Below are positions 9,069-19,034 of a DNA stretch of 64,000 nt, in pieces. A model generated the notes under the pieces. It saw nothing but the letters and a program-made list of their open reading frames with translations. It was not told where the DNA came from and ran no database searches. This DNA is from Chthoniobacteraceae bacterium (lineage in GTDB: Bacteria; Verrucomicrobiota; Verrucomicrobiia; Chthoniobacterales; Chthoniobacteraceae): assembly GCA_037190965.1 (NCBI GenBank), contig JBBCKI010000049.1:1-64000 (forward strand). The letters are read 5' to 3'. A program made the position numbers and the translations under genes. Position 1 is the stretch's first letter. Each line of letters begins with the position of its first letter.

Positions 9069-10925
9069 TTACAAGCCAATGCAGGGAAGCGCGATCGCCT
9101 CTCCATGTAACAGACGTGCAGGGATGCCGAGCCGTTCGATGCAGAGGCTAATCCCCCATGCTTCGCCATAGTTTGATCCCAGTGCAACCATGATCTCATA
9201 CTGGCCGGGCCCAGGGTTCCATGGAATTCTTCGCCGGTCCAGCGTAAGGGGTGGTGTTCCATCGGGATCATGCAGCACCTCCCTGCCGTCGATCCATAGT
9301 TTCACCGGTCCATCGTAGCCGAAGATGAGACACAATTTCATCCCTTTGGAAACCTCAACGCTGCACCGGAGGAACATCAGTTTGTCGCTTCCATTCTCGG
9401 CCTGAAACTCGCCATGGACATTGCAGATATGGGTCGGGAAATGGATGATCCTCCAGGGTAACCCATTTCGATCCTCAGGGAACCGAAGATCACGCAATTG
9501 GCCCGCCCCGGGCAGCATGCGCGTCACCTGCCAAAGACGGGCATATGGAGTAACCGTGGATCTTTGAATCAGAAGCGGACCCAAGACCGGGAGCGCGCCG
9601 TCTGCGTCATCCCGTATATTGCAATACGGATCATTTCCGTAGCCATAATATAGAAAGAGTCCCCTCAAAGCCATCAGGGGGACATGAGATTGAAGGATAA
9701 CCTTGCTTCCTTCCAATCGAGTCGAAAATAGATAAGGCAGAACGCCGGTTGAATCCGCGATGGCAAAGCCCGCAGGCCGCCCATCGGCCCGTAGCGTGCC
9801 CCTGACATGATCAAATTGAACAGTGATCGTTGTCCGCCCGTAACCCAAATCATATTCAGCGTTGACCGAATGGAGATCAATGGAGCCGTTGCCCGTCCAT
9901 TTTGGAGACATAAGGTCCTGCATGGCCCCCGCCAGTCGTCGACCGAGGCGTCGACTAGCCTCACCGCCAATATGGATGGCATCTTCCAACTCCAGATCGA
10001 TGGCGGAGACGACCGCGAGCTTCGCAATGGAACGCGGCAACAAGCGCTGCTGCTCTTGAATCGATTTCCATAAGACCGGATTGATGTTGCCATTTGTGAC
10101 GCGGCCAAGCTGCACCATGCAAAATGGAAGGCGCGGGGCGCGGGCGTCACGGCGCAGTGCGCGAACCAGGACTTTCATCCTTTGGCTATAACATGTTGAG
10201 GACTCCAAAGAGGACGCATCGCATTCTCCCTGATACCAGATGACACCAGCAACTCTGCCGCCATTCTTGAAAAGACGGCGAAGGGTCGCGCCATAAAAAC
10301 TTTTGCCTCCCATTCTTTTAAGGGAGGGACTCCAATCCGCCATGCTTGTTCCACCATGAGAACAGGCAATAAGACCTTGCGGAACGCCTGTCCGCAGAGC
10401 CATTTCCTGTCCAAATGCCACTGCGGGGCCGACGCCAGTCAGCGTATCCACCGGGGGACGGACACCCCGGAAGTCAATATGGATCTGATCAACACAATCC
10501 CATAGGTTATGAATCGGATCTTTCGCGACGCGCCAGCAGTCATCCATATAAAAGGCACGGACCGAAGCCATTGGTTTTTCCGCCCATCTTCTATGGCCGC
10601 AACCTTGCATATTGGACTGTCCCGCACAGAGCCAGACATCGCCCACCATGACGTCAACGACCTGAAGCGTCTCTATCACTTTCCGCCCCTGACGCAGTTG
10701 AAACTCAAGTCGATAGGGCCCGCCTGCAGGAAGTCCCGTGAGTCGGAATTTGAAAGCTCCTTTTCTTAAACGGGCTACTTCCTTCCACGTCCGGACTCCC
10801 TTGCTTATCCGGATGAACAGCTCGCCGTTTACCGCATCGCACTCTCCCGAAACAGGAGAATCACTCCGCCCCCGGCGATTGCGTTGGAGGACCATGTGGT
10901 CAAAGAGGCCGGAAATGATTTTCAT
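9069..10925 (-). CDS. Sialate O-acetylesterase (SASA)-family carbohydrate esterase with C-terminal beta-sandwich
   Basis: LFDHMVLQR, VGDVWLCAGQSNM, VIWYQGE, DAIH. No obvious signal peptide. Confidence 0.85.
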   Translation of the reverse strand: MKIISGLFDHMVLQRNRRGRSDSPVSGECDAVNGELFIRISKGVRTWKEVARLRKGAFKFRLTGLPAGGPYRLEFQLRQGRKVIETLQVVDVMVGDVWLCAGQSNMQGCGHRRWAEKPMASVRAFYMDDCWRVAKDPIHNLWDCVDQIHIDFRGVRPPVDTLTGVGPAVAFGQEMALRTGVPQGLIACSHGGTSMADWSPSLKRMGGKSFYGATLRRLFKNGGRVAGVIWYQGECDASSLESSTCYSQRMKVLVRALRRDARAPRLPFCMVQLGRVTNGNINPVLWKSIQEQQRLLPRSIAKLAVVSAIDLELEDAIHIGGEASRRLGRRLAGAMQDLMSPKWTGNGSIDLHSVNAEYDLGYGRTTITVQFDHVRGTLRADGRPAGFAIADSTGVLPYLFSTRLEGSKVILQSHVPLMALRGLFLYYGYGNDPYCNIRDDADGALPVLGPLLIQRSTVTPYARLWQVTRMLPGAGQLRDLRFPEDRNGLPWRIIHFPTHICNVHGEFQAENGSDKLMFLRCSVEVSKGMKLCLIFGYDGPVKLWIDGREVLHDPDGTPPLTLDRRRIPWNPGPGQYEIMVALGSNYGEAWGISLCIERLGIPARLLHGEAIALPCIGL

Positions 10926-10954
10926 ATAAAAATCGAAGTGAAAACCTACCCGTA

Positions 10955-12133
10955 CTACCGACCCGGTGACTCTACGACCACACGCTGTTGAGTGCGCCTG
11001 TCGAGTTCATCGAGATCAATATCAATGCCAAGCCCCGGCCCTGTGGGGACCGGCACAAGACCCTCATGAACAGTGAGTGGCTTGCGGAGGAGGGAGGTCT
11101 CCATCAACCAGGGGCCGATCTGATCCCCCGCCAATTGCGCATTCCGGGCAGAAGCCATCAAATGAAGCTGAAGTGCAGTGGCGATCCCCAGGTCGAGACC
11201 GCTGCCGTGCCAGACGGGGAGATTGGCCGAAGCGGCGGCGGCGGCTTGTTCGAGCCAACCGAAGATGCCGCAGGCCGCAACATCGAGATTAAGTCCCCCA
11301 GCCGCACCCGAGGCGATCACGGTCCCAATCGTTTCGGGGGGATCAATATGGACTACCATCCGCGCTCGAATGCGCGAACGTAGCGCAACGAAATCCTGCA
11401 GGAAATGCCGGGGAAACGGATCTTCGAGGATGTCGAGATTGCCCACGGCATCCATGTCGAGAACCTGCCGCAGCGCATCGTCGTATCGGTTGAAGCGGCC
11501 ATTTGGATCGACCGTGACAGGCCAATCCACTCCCACTGCATCGCGAATCGCCTCGAGCCGCTCCACGTTGGGGTCGTTTAATGCAGCCTTGAGTTTCACA
11601 CCGCGAAAACCCAACTCACGTCCATAGCGGACAGCTTCTGCCGCTTTCTCGGGAGTCACTCGGCTCATCCAAAAATGAACAGGAATCTGATCGCGCCAGG
11701 GTCCACCAAGGAGGAAGCAGATCGGCACCCCGGCGCGGCGGCCCAAAAGGTCGAACAGCGCCGATTCGAACATCACTTGCAATGGGGTGCGAAGGCGATG
11801 AATCAGATCGGGCACCACGGGTTGATAGGGCGAGGGAGCGGGAGGTTGCAACCAATGCTCTCCGCTCCAGAATCGACGAGGAAAGGAAAGGAAAGAAGTC
11901 GCACTCGAATCGCGGAGAAACCGTCGTAACGCGGATTCGATATCCAAGCCTCCGGGCAGGACGGCCTCGCCCCAGCCTTCAAAGCCCTCATCATCCTCGA
12001 GGCGCAGGATGAGGCGCGGGACCGGAGTCCATTTCTCGCCGAACTCCTCGCTGGTAACCCGATCCTTTACAAGGGGGATTCGGACCACGAAGGCCTCCGC
12101 TTTGCGAATGGAAAACATTCGGGAAGACATCAA
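10955..12133 (-). CDS. Enolase superfamily (mandelate racemase / muconate lactonizing enzyme) protein
   Basis: EGWGE, ALFDLLGR..GVP...LLGG, KLK, DPN, EDP, PTGPGLGI. Confidence 0.85.
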   Translation of the reverse strand: MMSSRMFSIRKAEAFVVRIPLVKDRVTSEEFGEKWTPVPRLILRLEDDEGFEGWGEAVLPGGLDIESALRRFLRDSSATSFLSFPRRFWSGEHWLQPPAPSPYQPVVPDLIHRLRTPLQVMFESALFDLLGRRAGVPICFLLGGPWRDQIPVHFWMSRVTPEKAAEAVRYGRELGFRGVKLKAALNDPNVERLEAIRDAVGVDWPVTVDPNGRFNRYDDALRQVLDMDAVGNLDILEDPFPRHFLQDFVALRSRIRARMVVHIDPPETIGTVIASGAAGGLNLDVAACGIFGWLEQAAAAASANLPVWHGSGLDLGIATALQLHLMASARNAQLAGDQIGPWLMETSLLRKPLTVHEGLVPVPTGPGLGIDIDLDELDRRTQQRVVVESPGR

Positions 12134-14583
12134 ACTTCGGATCTTAAAATGTGTCGGCCCGGATTCTCGAGACGTACACTGAGTTGCTTGAACTCTACCT
12201 CCTCCGGCTTTTGATAGGCGTGCGCCTTGTAGTTAGGCCAGCCATCCAACTCCGATACCAAATTACCGTTGTGCCAGAGACGTTGATTGCCCCAGCCGAG
12301 CCTTGGAAGAACAAGCTCAGCTTGAACTCCAACAGGCAGACCTATCTCAATGTTCCATGTAAGATCCTCGCGCTGCCATTGCACCTCAATCTCGCCATGG
12401 GGTGTCGGCACCCGGCCTCCCGCGCTCGAAAGTCCAAGCGCTCGCGGCGCAATACGGACCTGCGACCATCCTGGTTTGAGCGACTGAATCCCCAGAACAC
12501 AGGAAGGCAGCACATAGGCAGCTCCCGCACCGTAAGGGTGGCATCGCGACAAATCATTCCAATAACCGACGCCATTGACGCCAGGCGACCAGAACTCAGG
12601 CAGCGTCTTCTCTCCGCTCCGCACGATCCCACCGAAATACGATTCCAACAGGTCGCGGACATGAAGATCGAGGTCGAGCCTGGCAAACGCTTCCAGTACG
12701 AGTGAAGCGTCGTGAGGAGAGACCGGGGGCATGACGCTCGGATCACGGCGAAGAAAGTCGGCCCATGCGCCCCGGACACCGGGATCAACGGCACCGGCCC
12801 AAGCTGCCCAAGCGTTCGTTGTGATCGAAACCGCGCGGCTCGGAATGCCCTCGATCTCTCCATCCACGAAAACACAACGCTTTGAATCCCAAAAGGCAGC
12901 TATGACGGCCGCGCGCACCCTGGCTGCCTTGGCAGACCAGGCCTCGAAAAGATCGTTGTTCCCCACCGCGCGCGCCAACTCGGCAGCCGCTTGAAGCGAA
13001 ACGATATAATGAAGATTGAAGACAGCACTCGTCCCTTCCTTTTGCATGAATCCCCAGCCACAAAAAACCACCAATTTTGGGAGGCCCTCCCGCTCGGAAC
13101 TCAACAGACTCCGCGCGTCTTCATAACGGGCGAAATGTGCGTAAAGCCTAATCAGCTTCGGCATCGCCATTTCAATGAGATCAACCTTGCCGGAATATTC
13201 ATAGAGGTTGCGCAGAATCACACTCAGAGCAAGCGGCTGTTCCGACCATGGCAGTTCCTCCTTTGTAACATCATAATTGAGGCCGACAGGACCCGGAACG
13301 GGCATGATCCCGTCATCCGAAAGCGTCCGGAACGCCTGTTTCATCGCCTTCTCGATGGGTGCAAGATCGCCAAAGCAAAAAGCGAGCGCTTTGCTGTGGA
13401 CGTATAAATCCGAAATCCAGGTCGCCTGTTCGCGAAAGCAGCAATCGACCGGGTGGTCCTTGATGCCGATACGCGCTGTTTCCCGGCTGATCCGCCAAAG
13501 GCTTCCCAGCATGGGATCGGCGCAACGGAAGTCCCCACGCTCCACAAAAGGGTACTCCATTTCGTTGAAGGCGGCCTGATGAATGGTCACCGGCCCAACC
13601 AGATCGCGAAACTGCAGAGCGATGTAACGGCCCCCTCTCCAATCGAGAGACTCGTACTTGGCGCGGCCCTGCTTTGGCAAGATGATCAAATCCTCAAGCA
13701 GCCAATTGGGGGATTCACCCGCATACAAATTAACACGTCCGCCACCTTCGCACTCAAATTCGAATATAGGAAAACCGCCCATGGTACGTCCGAAATCGTA
13801 GACTATCCAGGACCCATCCGGATCGGGCTTCACAACGGTCCTCTCGGACCAAAAGGAAGTACCGCTCCGTGCATCGGCAAACACCGCAGCTTCCATCCGG
13901 GTACGAATACTGCTGCTGTAGGTGGGCAAACGAAGCCTGGAGACGAGCGGCTGGCTCTCACGTGGAATCGGCGGGGGCAACAATTCCCCGGGGGCGCCCA
14001 GATGGTTCGATGGACGCTCCCAACCAGAATCGTCAAAGCCGGGTAGGAGCGCCTCCACAATCTGCTCTCCTTTATTCAGGTCGACCGACTGCACTGGCCC
14101 ACGAAACAGCGATCCGCGTTGGGTCGTCGAGAGCCACGCCTCTGCCTTGACCATTCGCCAACTCGCATTCGTTTCCAGAATCGCTCCATCCATCTCGAGC
14201 TGAACGGCGACTCCCCCCGGACCATCATAAAGAGCCCAGGTCCGCAACGCCGCTTTGCAATGATAGACGAGCGTCACAATAACGTTGCTCCCCGGGCGCA
14301 GGCAATCGGTCACGTTGTAGGTATCGAAATAGGGAAATCGGGGATCAGCCCGATCCGGCCCACGCCCGAGGAGCACGCCGTTGCAATAGAGGCGGTAAAT
14401 ATGATTCGCCGAAATCGAAAGACTGGCTACCGTGGGCGCCGAATCGAGATGGAATTCTTTGCGAGCAAGAAGGGCCACTGAATCGGCGTCGCGGTATCTA
14501 TCGAGCCAGATCCAGGGAGCGGTCCAGGAGCGTGAATCAACGTGAGTCATAGTCGGGGTCTCAAATGCAATGCCCGCAGACAA
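12130..14583 (-). CDS. Alpha-L-rhamnosidase-like glycoside hydrolase (GH78)
   Basis: YRLYCNG N-domain, YDFGR, DCCFREQATWISD, SRCHPYGA, PGWSQVRIAP, VPTPHGEIEVQW. Start may be ATG 14550. Confidence 0.85.
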   Translation of the reverse strand: MSAGIAFETPTMTHVDSRSWTAPWIWLDRYRDADSVALLARKEFHLDSAPTVASLSISANHIYRLYCNGVLLGRGPDRADPRFPYFDTYNVTDCLRPGSNVIVTLVYHCKAALRTWALYDGPGGVAVQLEMDGAILETNASWRMVKAEAWLSTTQRGSLFRGPVQSVDLNKGEQIVEALLPGFDDSGWERPSNHLGAPGELLPPPIPRESQPLVSRLRLPTYSSSIRTRMEAAVFADARSGTSFWSERTVVKPDPDGSWIVYDFGRTMGGFPIFEFECEGGGRVNLYAGESPNWLLEDLIILPKQGRAKYESLDWRGGRYIALQFRDLVGPVTIHQAAFNEMEYPFVERGDFRCADPMLGSLWRISRETARIGIKDHPVDCCFREQATWISDLYVHSKALAFCFGDLAPIEKAMKQAFRTLSDDGIMPVPGPVGLNYDVTKEELPWSEQPLALSVILRNLYEYSGKVDLIEMAMPKLIRLYAHFARYEDARSLLSSEREGLPKLVVFCGWGFMQKEGTSAVFNLHYIVSLQAAAELARAVGNNDLFEAWSAKAARVRAAVIAAFWDSKRCVFVDGEIEGIPSRAVSITTNAWAAWAGAVDPGVRGAWADFLRRDPSVMPPVSPHDASLVLEAFARLDLDLHVRDLLESYFGGIVRSGEKTLPEFWSPGVNGVGYWNDLSRCHPYGAGAAYVLPSCVLGIQSLKPGWSQVRIAPRALGLSSAGGRVPTPHGEIEVQWQREDLTWNIEIGLPVGVQAELVLPRLGWGNQRLWHNGNLVSELDGWPNYKAHAYQKPEEVEFKQLSVRLENPGRHILRSEV

Positions 14584-14648
14584 TGGGGAAACGAAGCATC
14601 CCGGAAGTCTTACACCTTTTGCCAGATCTGGGTCTCAGCATGGTTGAA

Positions 14649-16058
14649 TCAAAAAATCCATTCGGGACGCGGAGCGCCGGTGGAGAAAACCTCCTCAATG
14701 CGTAATCCACTATAAGGAGTTGGCAGGATACCGCCCTGGACTTCAGCCTGGGCAACGAGACGGTAGCAAAGCAAACTGTGCCATCGTCCATCCGCAAGGC
14801 GCACCGTCATCGCGCTGGGATGGTCGCAAGTCCAATCCCGGCCTTTGATGGCGGCGCCGGGGTCTGTTGTAACCTCGGCAGGTTTGCAGGAGGGCCTTGC
14901 GGAGTGGTCATAACTCGGCGGTGGTCCATAAACATAGCGGGGGAACGCGACAACGTGCGGCGAATTCAATCCATTCCGTTCTTCATTCAGCGAATAGAGC
15001 GTCAAGACCTCGCGGCAGGTCGTGCGTGCGCTTCCATCCATGAATTCTCCTTCATAATCCATGAGGGCCGAGATCCATTGGTTGCAGACAATAAACGGCC
15101 TTCCATCAGCCGCCTGGTTCAGGCTGATGGGACTTTGATAACGCACGTTCCTGGCATGAATGATCTTTTCCCAGCTTTCGCCATGATCACGAGATCTCCA
15201 GATCAGAATGTCGTGCTTTTCCGCGCTATCGTACCCCGGACGGACGGTAAATAGCAGCGAATCATCCCGATCGCGAATCAGGGTGGGCTCCATCCCGGAA
15301 AAGTCGGTCGTGACCGCCTTAAATAAAATCGGACGCCAGCCTTGCGAACCCTTCTGCCAGCGAATCATGCCGTTGACGGATTTCCCGGCGGAATCCGGAT
15401 CATTGGATTCTCCTTGAATGGATCCGGCGACTAATAAATCATTTCCATCGGGAATCGCCATTCGCAGCCCATCGCATAGCAGACGACACCCCGGAAGCAA
15501 CTCGTCGATGGGAACCCGATCGGTCTTGGTAATGCTGAAATCTATCCCGTCGAATTTGAACTGATGGAGTTCGTGATAACAATGCGCCTCGTGACCCCGG
15601 AAGCATCCGCGGTATGGCTTGGAAAGCTCATCATGGTCGGCGGCGTAAGCCATGGCATACCCGACCCCGAAGCCAGTTCCCGCATGCGGATGCGGCGTCC
15701 CGTCGGGACTTTTCGCACCAAACGGAACAAATCCCCCCTGTGGGATATGTTTCACCATTTCCGCCATCTCGTTGGCCTTAGGATTCAATTCGCGATGGTT
15801 ACGCGCCACTGCAACAGCATTGTCTGGGATAAGATGTCGCAGGTCATCGAAAACGACAACATCCGCACCCGCCTCAAAATCTTCCGTCCTCGCCAGTTTG
15901 CGATGAATATTGACGACAAAAGCGGCGTGTGTAGAAGAGACCTGAAAAGGGAAGCCCAGACCATAACGCCATATCTCTCCTTCCGCCGCGTCTGGCGGAG
16001 TCTGCAAATGACCAAGGCCGCGGCTCACTCCGGAAATGGAATTCTGACCCGACGTCAT
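14649..16058 (-). CDS. Hypothetical sialidase-like beta-propeller protein
   Basis: EPTL and Asp-box WRSRDHGESW; otherwise unrecognised. No signal peptide. Confidence 0.55.
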   Translation of the reverse strand: MTSGQNSISGVSRGLGHLQTPPDAAEGEIWRYGLGFPFQVSSTHAAFVVNIHRKLARTEDFEAGADVVVFDDLRHLIPDNAVAVARNHRELNPKANEMAEMVKHIPQGGFVPFGAKSPDGTPHPHAGTGFGVGYAMAYAADHDELSKPYRGCFRGHEAHCYHELHQFKFDGIDFSITKTDRVPIDELLPGCRLLCDGLRMAIPDGNDLLVAGSIQGESNDPDSAGKSVNGMIRWQKGSQGWRPILFKAVTTDFSGMEPTLIRDRDDSLLFTVRPGYDSAEKHDILIWRSRDHGESWEKIIHARNVRYQSPISLNQAADGRPFIVCNQWISALMDYEGEFMDGSARTTCREVLTLYSLNEERNGLNSPHVVAFPRYVYGPPPSYDHSARPSCKPAEVTTDPGAAIKGRDWTCDHPSAMTVRLADGRWHSLLCYRLVAQAEVQGGILPTPYSGLRIEEVFSTGAPRPEWIF

Positions 16059-18214
16059 TCTCGACTGGGACTTTTGAAGTTCTCCGCCAGCACCTTGCGC
16101 TGCGCCGGATTCTTAAAAACCACCCGCTGTCTTTCAGGAAGCCCCTGAACCAGCGCCGCCGTTCCGTAGTATTGAAATCCATCAAAGCCAGCGTCCCTGA
16201 CTGCGCGAATCTCCCGTTCGAGAGCGTTTTCACACCCCGGTTGCTTCCATTGTCTGGAGAAAAGAAATATGGAGATTACCGCATCAATTCCCTTCTCCCT
16301 CGCTAGAGAGAGAACCTCCTGAGCAAAACAGGTACCCACCGGCTCATGCTTTAATAAGATATAATCCGCAAGCCCCTCTTTGATCCACGTCCGCCAATCC
16401 CAGTGAATTTCCATGCATGCACCTTCTTCAGGTTCCATATTCATCCCGGAATCAACATGTAACCCGATGGTTTTTCCTGCGCGGCGGGTAATCTCACGAG
16501 CATCCCGGCAAAACTGTGTATATCCCTCTCCACGAACCCGACGCCACAACGCCCTGTCAAAATCATCGGTCTTCCAAATGTCGACTCCGGTGCGTTTGAG
16601 GAATTCGTCGCGAACCGGCTGCTCAAACCCGAATTCCCCATAAGTGAAGCTGCTTGCGTGGCCCACGCGTCGGATCTCAACCCCGTCGGCTCCGGCTTCG
16701 AGAATCGCACGGACCCAGGACAGCCACCATTCCCTGACTTCGGGGTGAGAGGGCGAACCGATATATTCGTAATACTGATCTTTATGGCGATCAAATCCAA
16801 GAAAGCCTTGACCTGCGTCCAAGACAAAAGGTTCACGGACCGGATCATAACCCGCGAATACGCCGGAGGGTGTGCCGGTGGCATTCCCAAAAATAATTCC
16901 CGTCTCGATGCCTCCTTCCAGAAGGAAGCGGTCCCGCGTATTGGAAGCCGTGCCATAGGTGAAAATCCGTTCCTCACCCTTCTCCCCGAATAAATGCACG
17001 AGATTGACCAATTCATTGACAAATGACCTCTCGCGGGCTCCCACTAGGAGCGCAAGATAACGATGGGGAATGTTCAGCCCGCTCAGGCGCATCACGCGGG
17101 AGCGCCGTGTTTGTCCCGTCTTTCGCCGCCCCGACGCGGTCGCTTCATACACTGGATACTCTTCAATGATTTCCTCACATTGGATCGGACCCGAGTACGG
17201 ATAGTACTTCTGATTGTCATCACTAACGTGAAGGAGGACATCCTCGACGGTAAAGGCGCATGCCCGGTCGTCTTCTTTGACGATATCGATTCGCTGGATG
17301 ATTTCATTCTCCCCTTTTCCCCATGCGCCGGGCTTCCGTGCCATAAGAAACCCTGGCTGTGCCTTATTGTAGCGGGCGAAGTATTCCACCTCGAATGGCT
17401 TGATGGTGCCAAAGATTTGCAACCCATGCTTGTGCGCCATCTCCACGGCAAGTTTGAAATTATCTCCGATATTCTTCTCATCCGTGATGATCATCCCCTC
17501 CCCTGCGATCAAATCGTGGTAATTCCAAGGCACGCGCTTCACTCCGGCTTCCGCCAACCGCGCAAAGAACTCGTCATACATCGCCCGGCTGTATTTGATG
17601 GGATCGGGGCTGGTGCGAGAGCAATCGTCGGGGCTCCAGTCATCATAAAAATCCACCTCCATATCGAGAAAGAAATCTCCCCTCCTCGGGAGAATGGGAG
17701 CCGAGACCTTCACCGGTTGCTCCTCAAAGACTCGGATTCTATGAACAACACACTGATTCCAGAGAGAGATCGTAACCCATCCCGCGCTCGGTTTCGAAAA
17801 TTCATCACATCCGTCAATGTAGAGTTCCCCGTCCACCCAGGCGCTTGCGCGACCATTCTGGAACTCAAAGATAATCTTACGAATTCCTGACTGATGAGGA
17901 ACGCTCTTCACTACCTCCGCAACGGAGCTATGTGAATGTTTCAATATCCGATGGCGCGTGTAAGGAGAATCACTGATTGCCAAGACAACAAGAAGCGTTC
18001 CGCCGCAACAATCGATCGCGGAACTCCGGGGAGCTTCGGCATCAATCTCGACCCGAAGGTGATTCCATGCCACTCCGGAGAGAGGAATCATCATCTCCGT
18101 TACTTTCCCACAATGGAGGCTCCCGCGTTCATAGGTATGATTCAAGGTTTGAACCCGCCAAGTGGGAGGGATGTTTTCCAGTTCAAAGGAATGATTGATA
18201 ATTGGTTTTCTCAT
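16055..18214 (-). CDS. Hypothetical glycoside hydrolase-like protein (GHL10/DUF187-like TIM barrel with N-terminal beta domain)
   Basis: PSHPEVREWW...ILEAGADGVEI, DWRTWIKEGLAD and AGFDGF resemble GHL-type barrels. Confidence 0.55.
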   Translation of the reverse strand: MRKPIINHSFELENIPPTWRVQTLNHTYERGSLHCGKVTEMMIPLSGVAWNHLRVEIDAEAPRSSAIDCCGGTLLVVLAISDSPYTRHRILKHSHSSVAEVVKSVPHQSGIRKIIFEFQNGRASAWVDGELYIDGCDEFSKPSAGWVTISLWNQCVVHRIRVFEEQPVKVSAPILPRRGDFFLDMEVDFYDDWSPDDCSRTSPDPIKYSRAMYDEFFARLAEAGVKRVPWNYHDLIAGEGMIITDEKNIGDNFKLAVEMAHKHGLQIFGTIKPFEVEYFARYNKAQPGFLMARKPGAWGKGENEIIQRIDIVKEDDRACAFTVEDVLLHVSDDNQKYYPYSGPIQCEEIIEEYPVYEATASGRRKTGQTRRSRVMRLSGLNIPHRYLALLVGARERSFVNELVNLVHLFGEKGEERIFTYGTASNTRDRFLLEGGIETGIIFGNATGTPSGVFAGYDPVREPFVLDAGQGFLGFDRHKDQYYEYIGSPSHPEVREWWLSWVRAILEAGADGVEIRRVGHASSFTYGEFGFEQPVRDEFLKRTGVDIWKTDDFDRALWRRVRGEGYTQFCRDAREITRRAGKTIGLHVDSGMNMEPEEGACMEIHWDWRTWIKEGLADYILLKHEPVGTCFAQEVLSLAREKGIDAVISIFLFSRQWKQPGCENALEREIRAVRDAGFDGFQYYGTAALVQGLPERQRVVFKNPAQRKVLAENFKSPSRE

Positions 18215-18253
18215 CGAAGGTTGTATCTACTGTATGGAGATTTGATATAACGA

Positions 18254-19033
18254 TTAGTCAATAGATCGCCGGATCGTTCCATCACCTGAAGGGTTATCCT
18301 CACGATCGCGTCGCCGAACCTCTGCGCTGGAGAGCGTTTCAGCGTGTCCGTCAGCGAAAAGGAAATTCGCAACCCCTCCGTGCCATTGATAGCCGACACT
18401 TCTGGCAGGTTCGCTTCCGTCTGGATTCGGAATCAATCCGCCATGTAACGAGCGGTGGCATAGCCAGCGAGGACGATTATTCACATCACCAAACCCTTCG
18501 CCCCTATCCACCCATACGGACGCATCCGCGAGAATGACCAGCTCATTTGGCCGTTGAACCTTGGCCAATGGTCTATAATTTTGAATTTTTTCGGTATCAC
18601 CCGGGATATCGGCGTAATCTCCCAGATTCCCGTTATATCCATAATTGGGTCCATACCAATTTTCGCCGAGACGGCAAGGATTCGCCGGACATTGATAGAC
18701 CGTCAAAACGTTTCGCTGATTATGAGTATTTGTGTTAGGAATCACGGAAAAGAGCAGACCATTCCAGTCAAGGGTTCCATCGGAAATCTGAAGCATCCGG
18801 CCATTATTCTCCTGCGCGTATACCGCCCATCCAATATAGAGCTGGCGCTGGTTTGCCACGCACTTGGTCAAAAGACTCCTTTGCCTTACCCTGTTAAGCA
18901 CGGGCATCAATATTGTGGCAAGGAAGAGTATGACGAACACTACAACCAGAACTTCGACCAGGGTGAATCCGCGCATTTTCACATGCATCTTGCCTGGATT
19001 GGCCTTCTTTCGAAAGGTCATCGGATTGACCAT
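18254..19033 (-). CDS. Prepilin-type N-terminal cleavage/methylation protein with C-terminal H-X9-DG motif
   Basis: KMRG|FTLVEVLVVVFVILFLATILMPVL, C..NQRQL, YQCP, HGGVANFLFADGH. ATG 19033 lies 1 nt after the upstream stop; alternative downstream ATGs exist. Confidence 0.9.
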   Translation of the reverse strand: MVNPMTFRKKANPGKMHVKMRGFTLVEVLVVVFVILFLATILMPVLNRVRQRSLLTKCVANQRQLYIGWAVYAQENNGRMLQISDGTLDWNGLLFSVIPNTNTHNQRNVLTVYQCPANPCRLGENWYGPNYGYNGNLGDYADIPGDTEKIQNYRPLAKVQRPNELVILADASVWVDRGEGFGDVNNRPRWLCHRSLHGGLIPNPDGSEPARSVGYQWHGGVANFLFADGHAETLSSAEVRRRDREDNPSGDGTIRRSID

Positions 19034-19034
19034 C

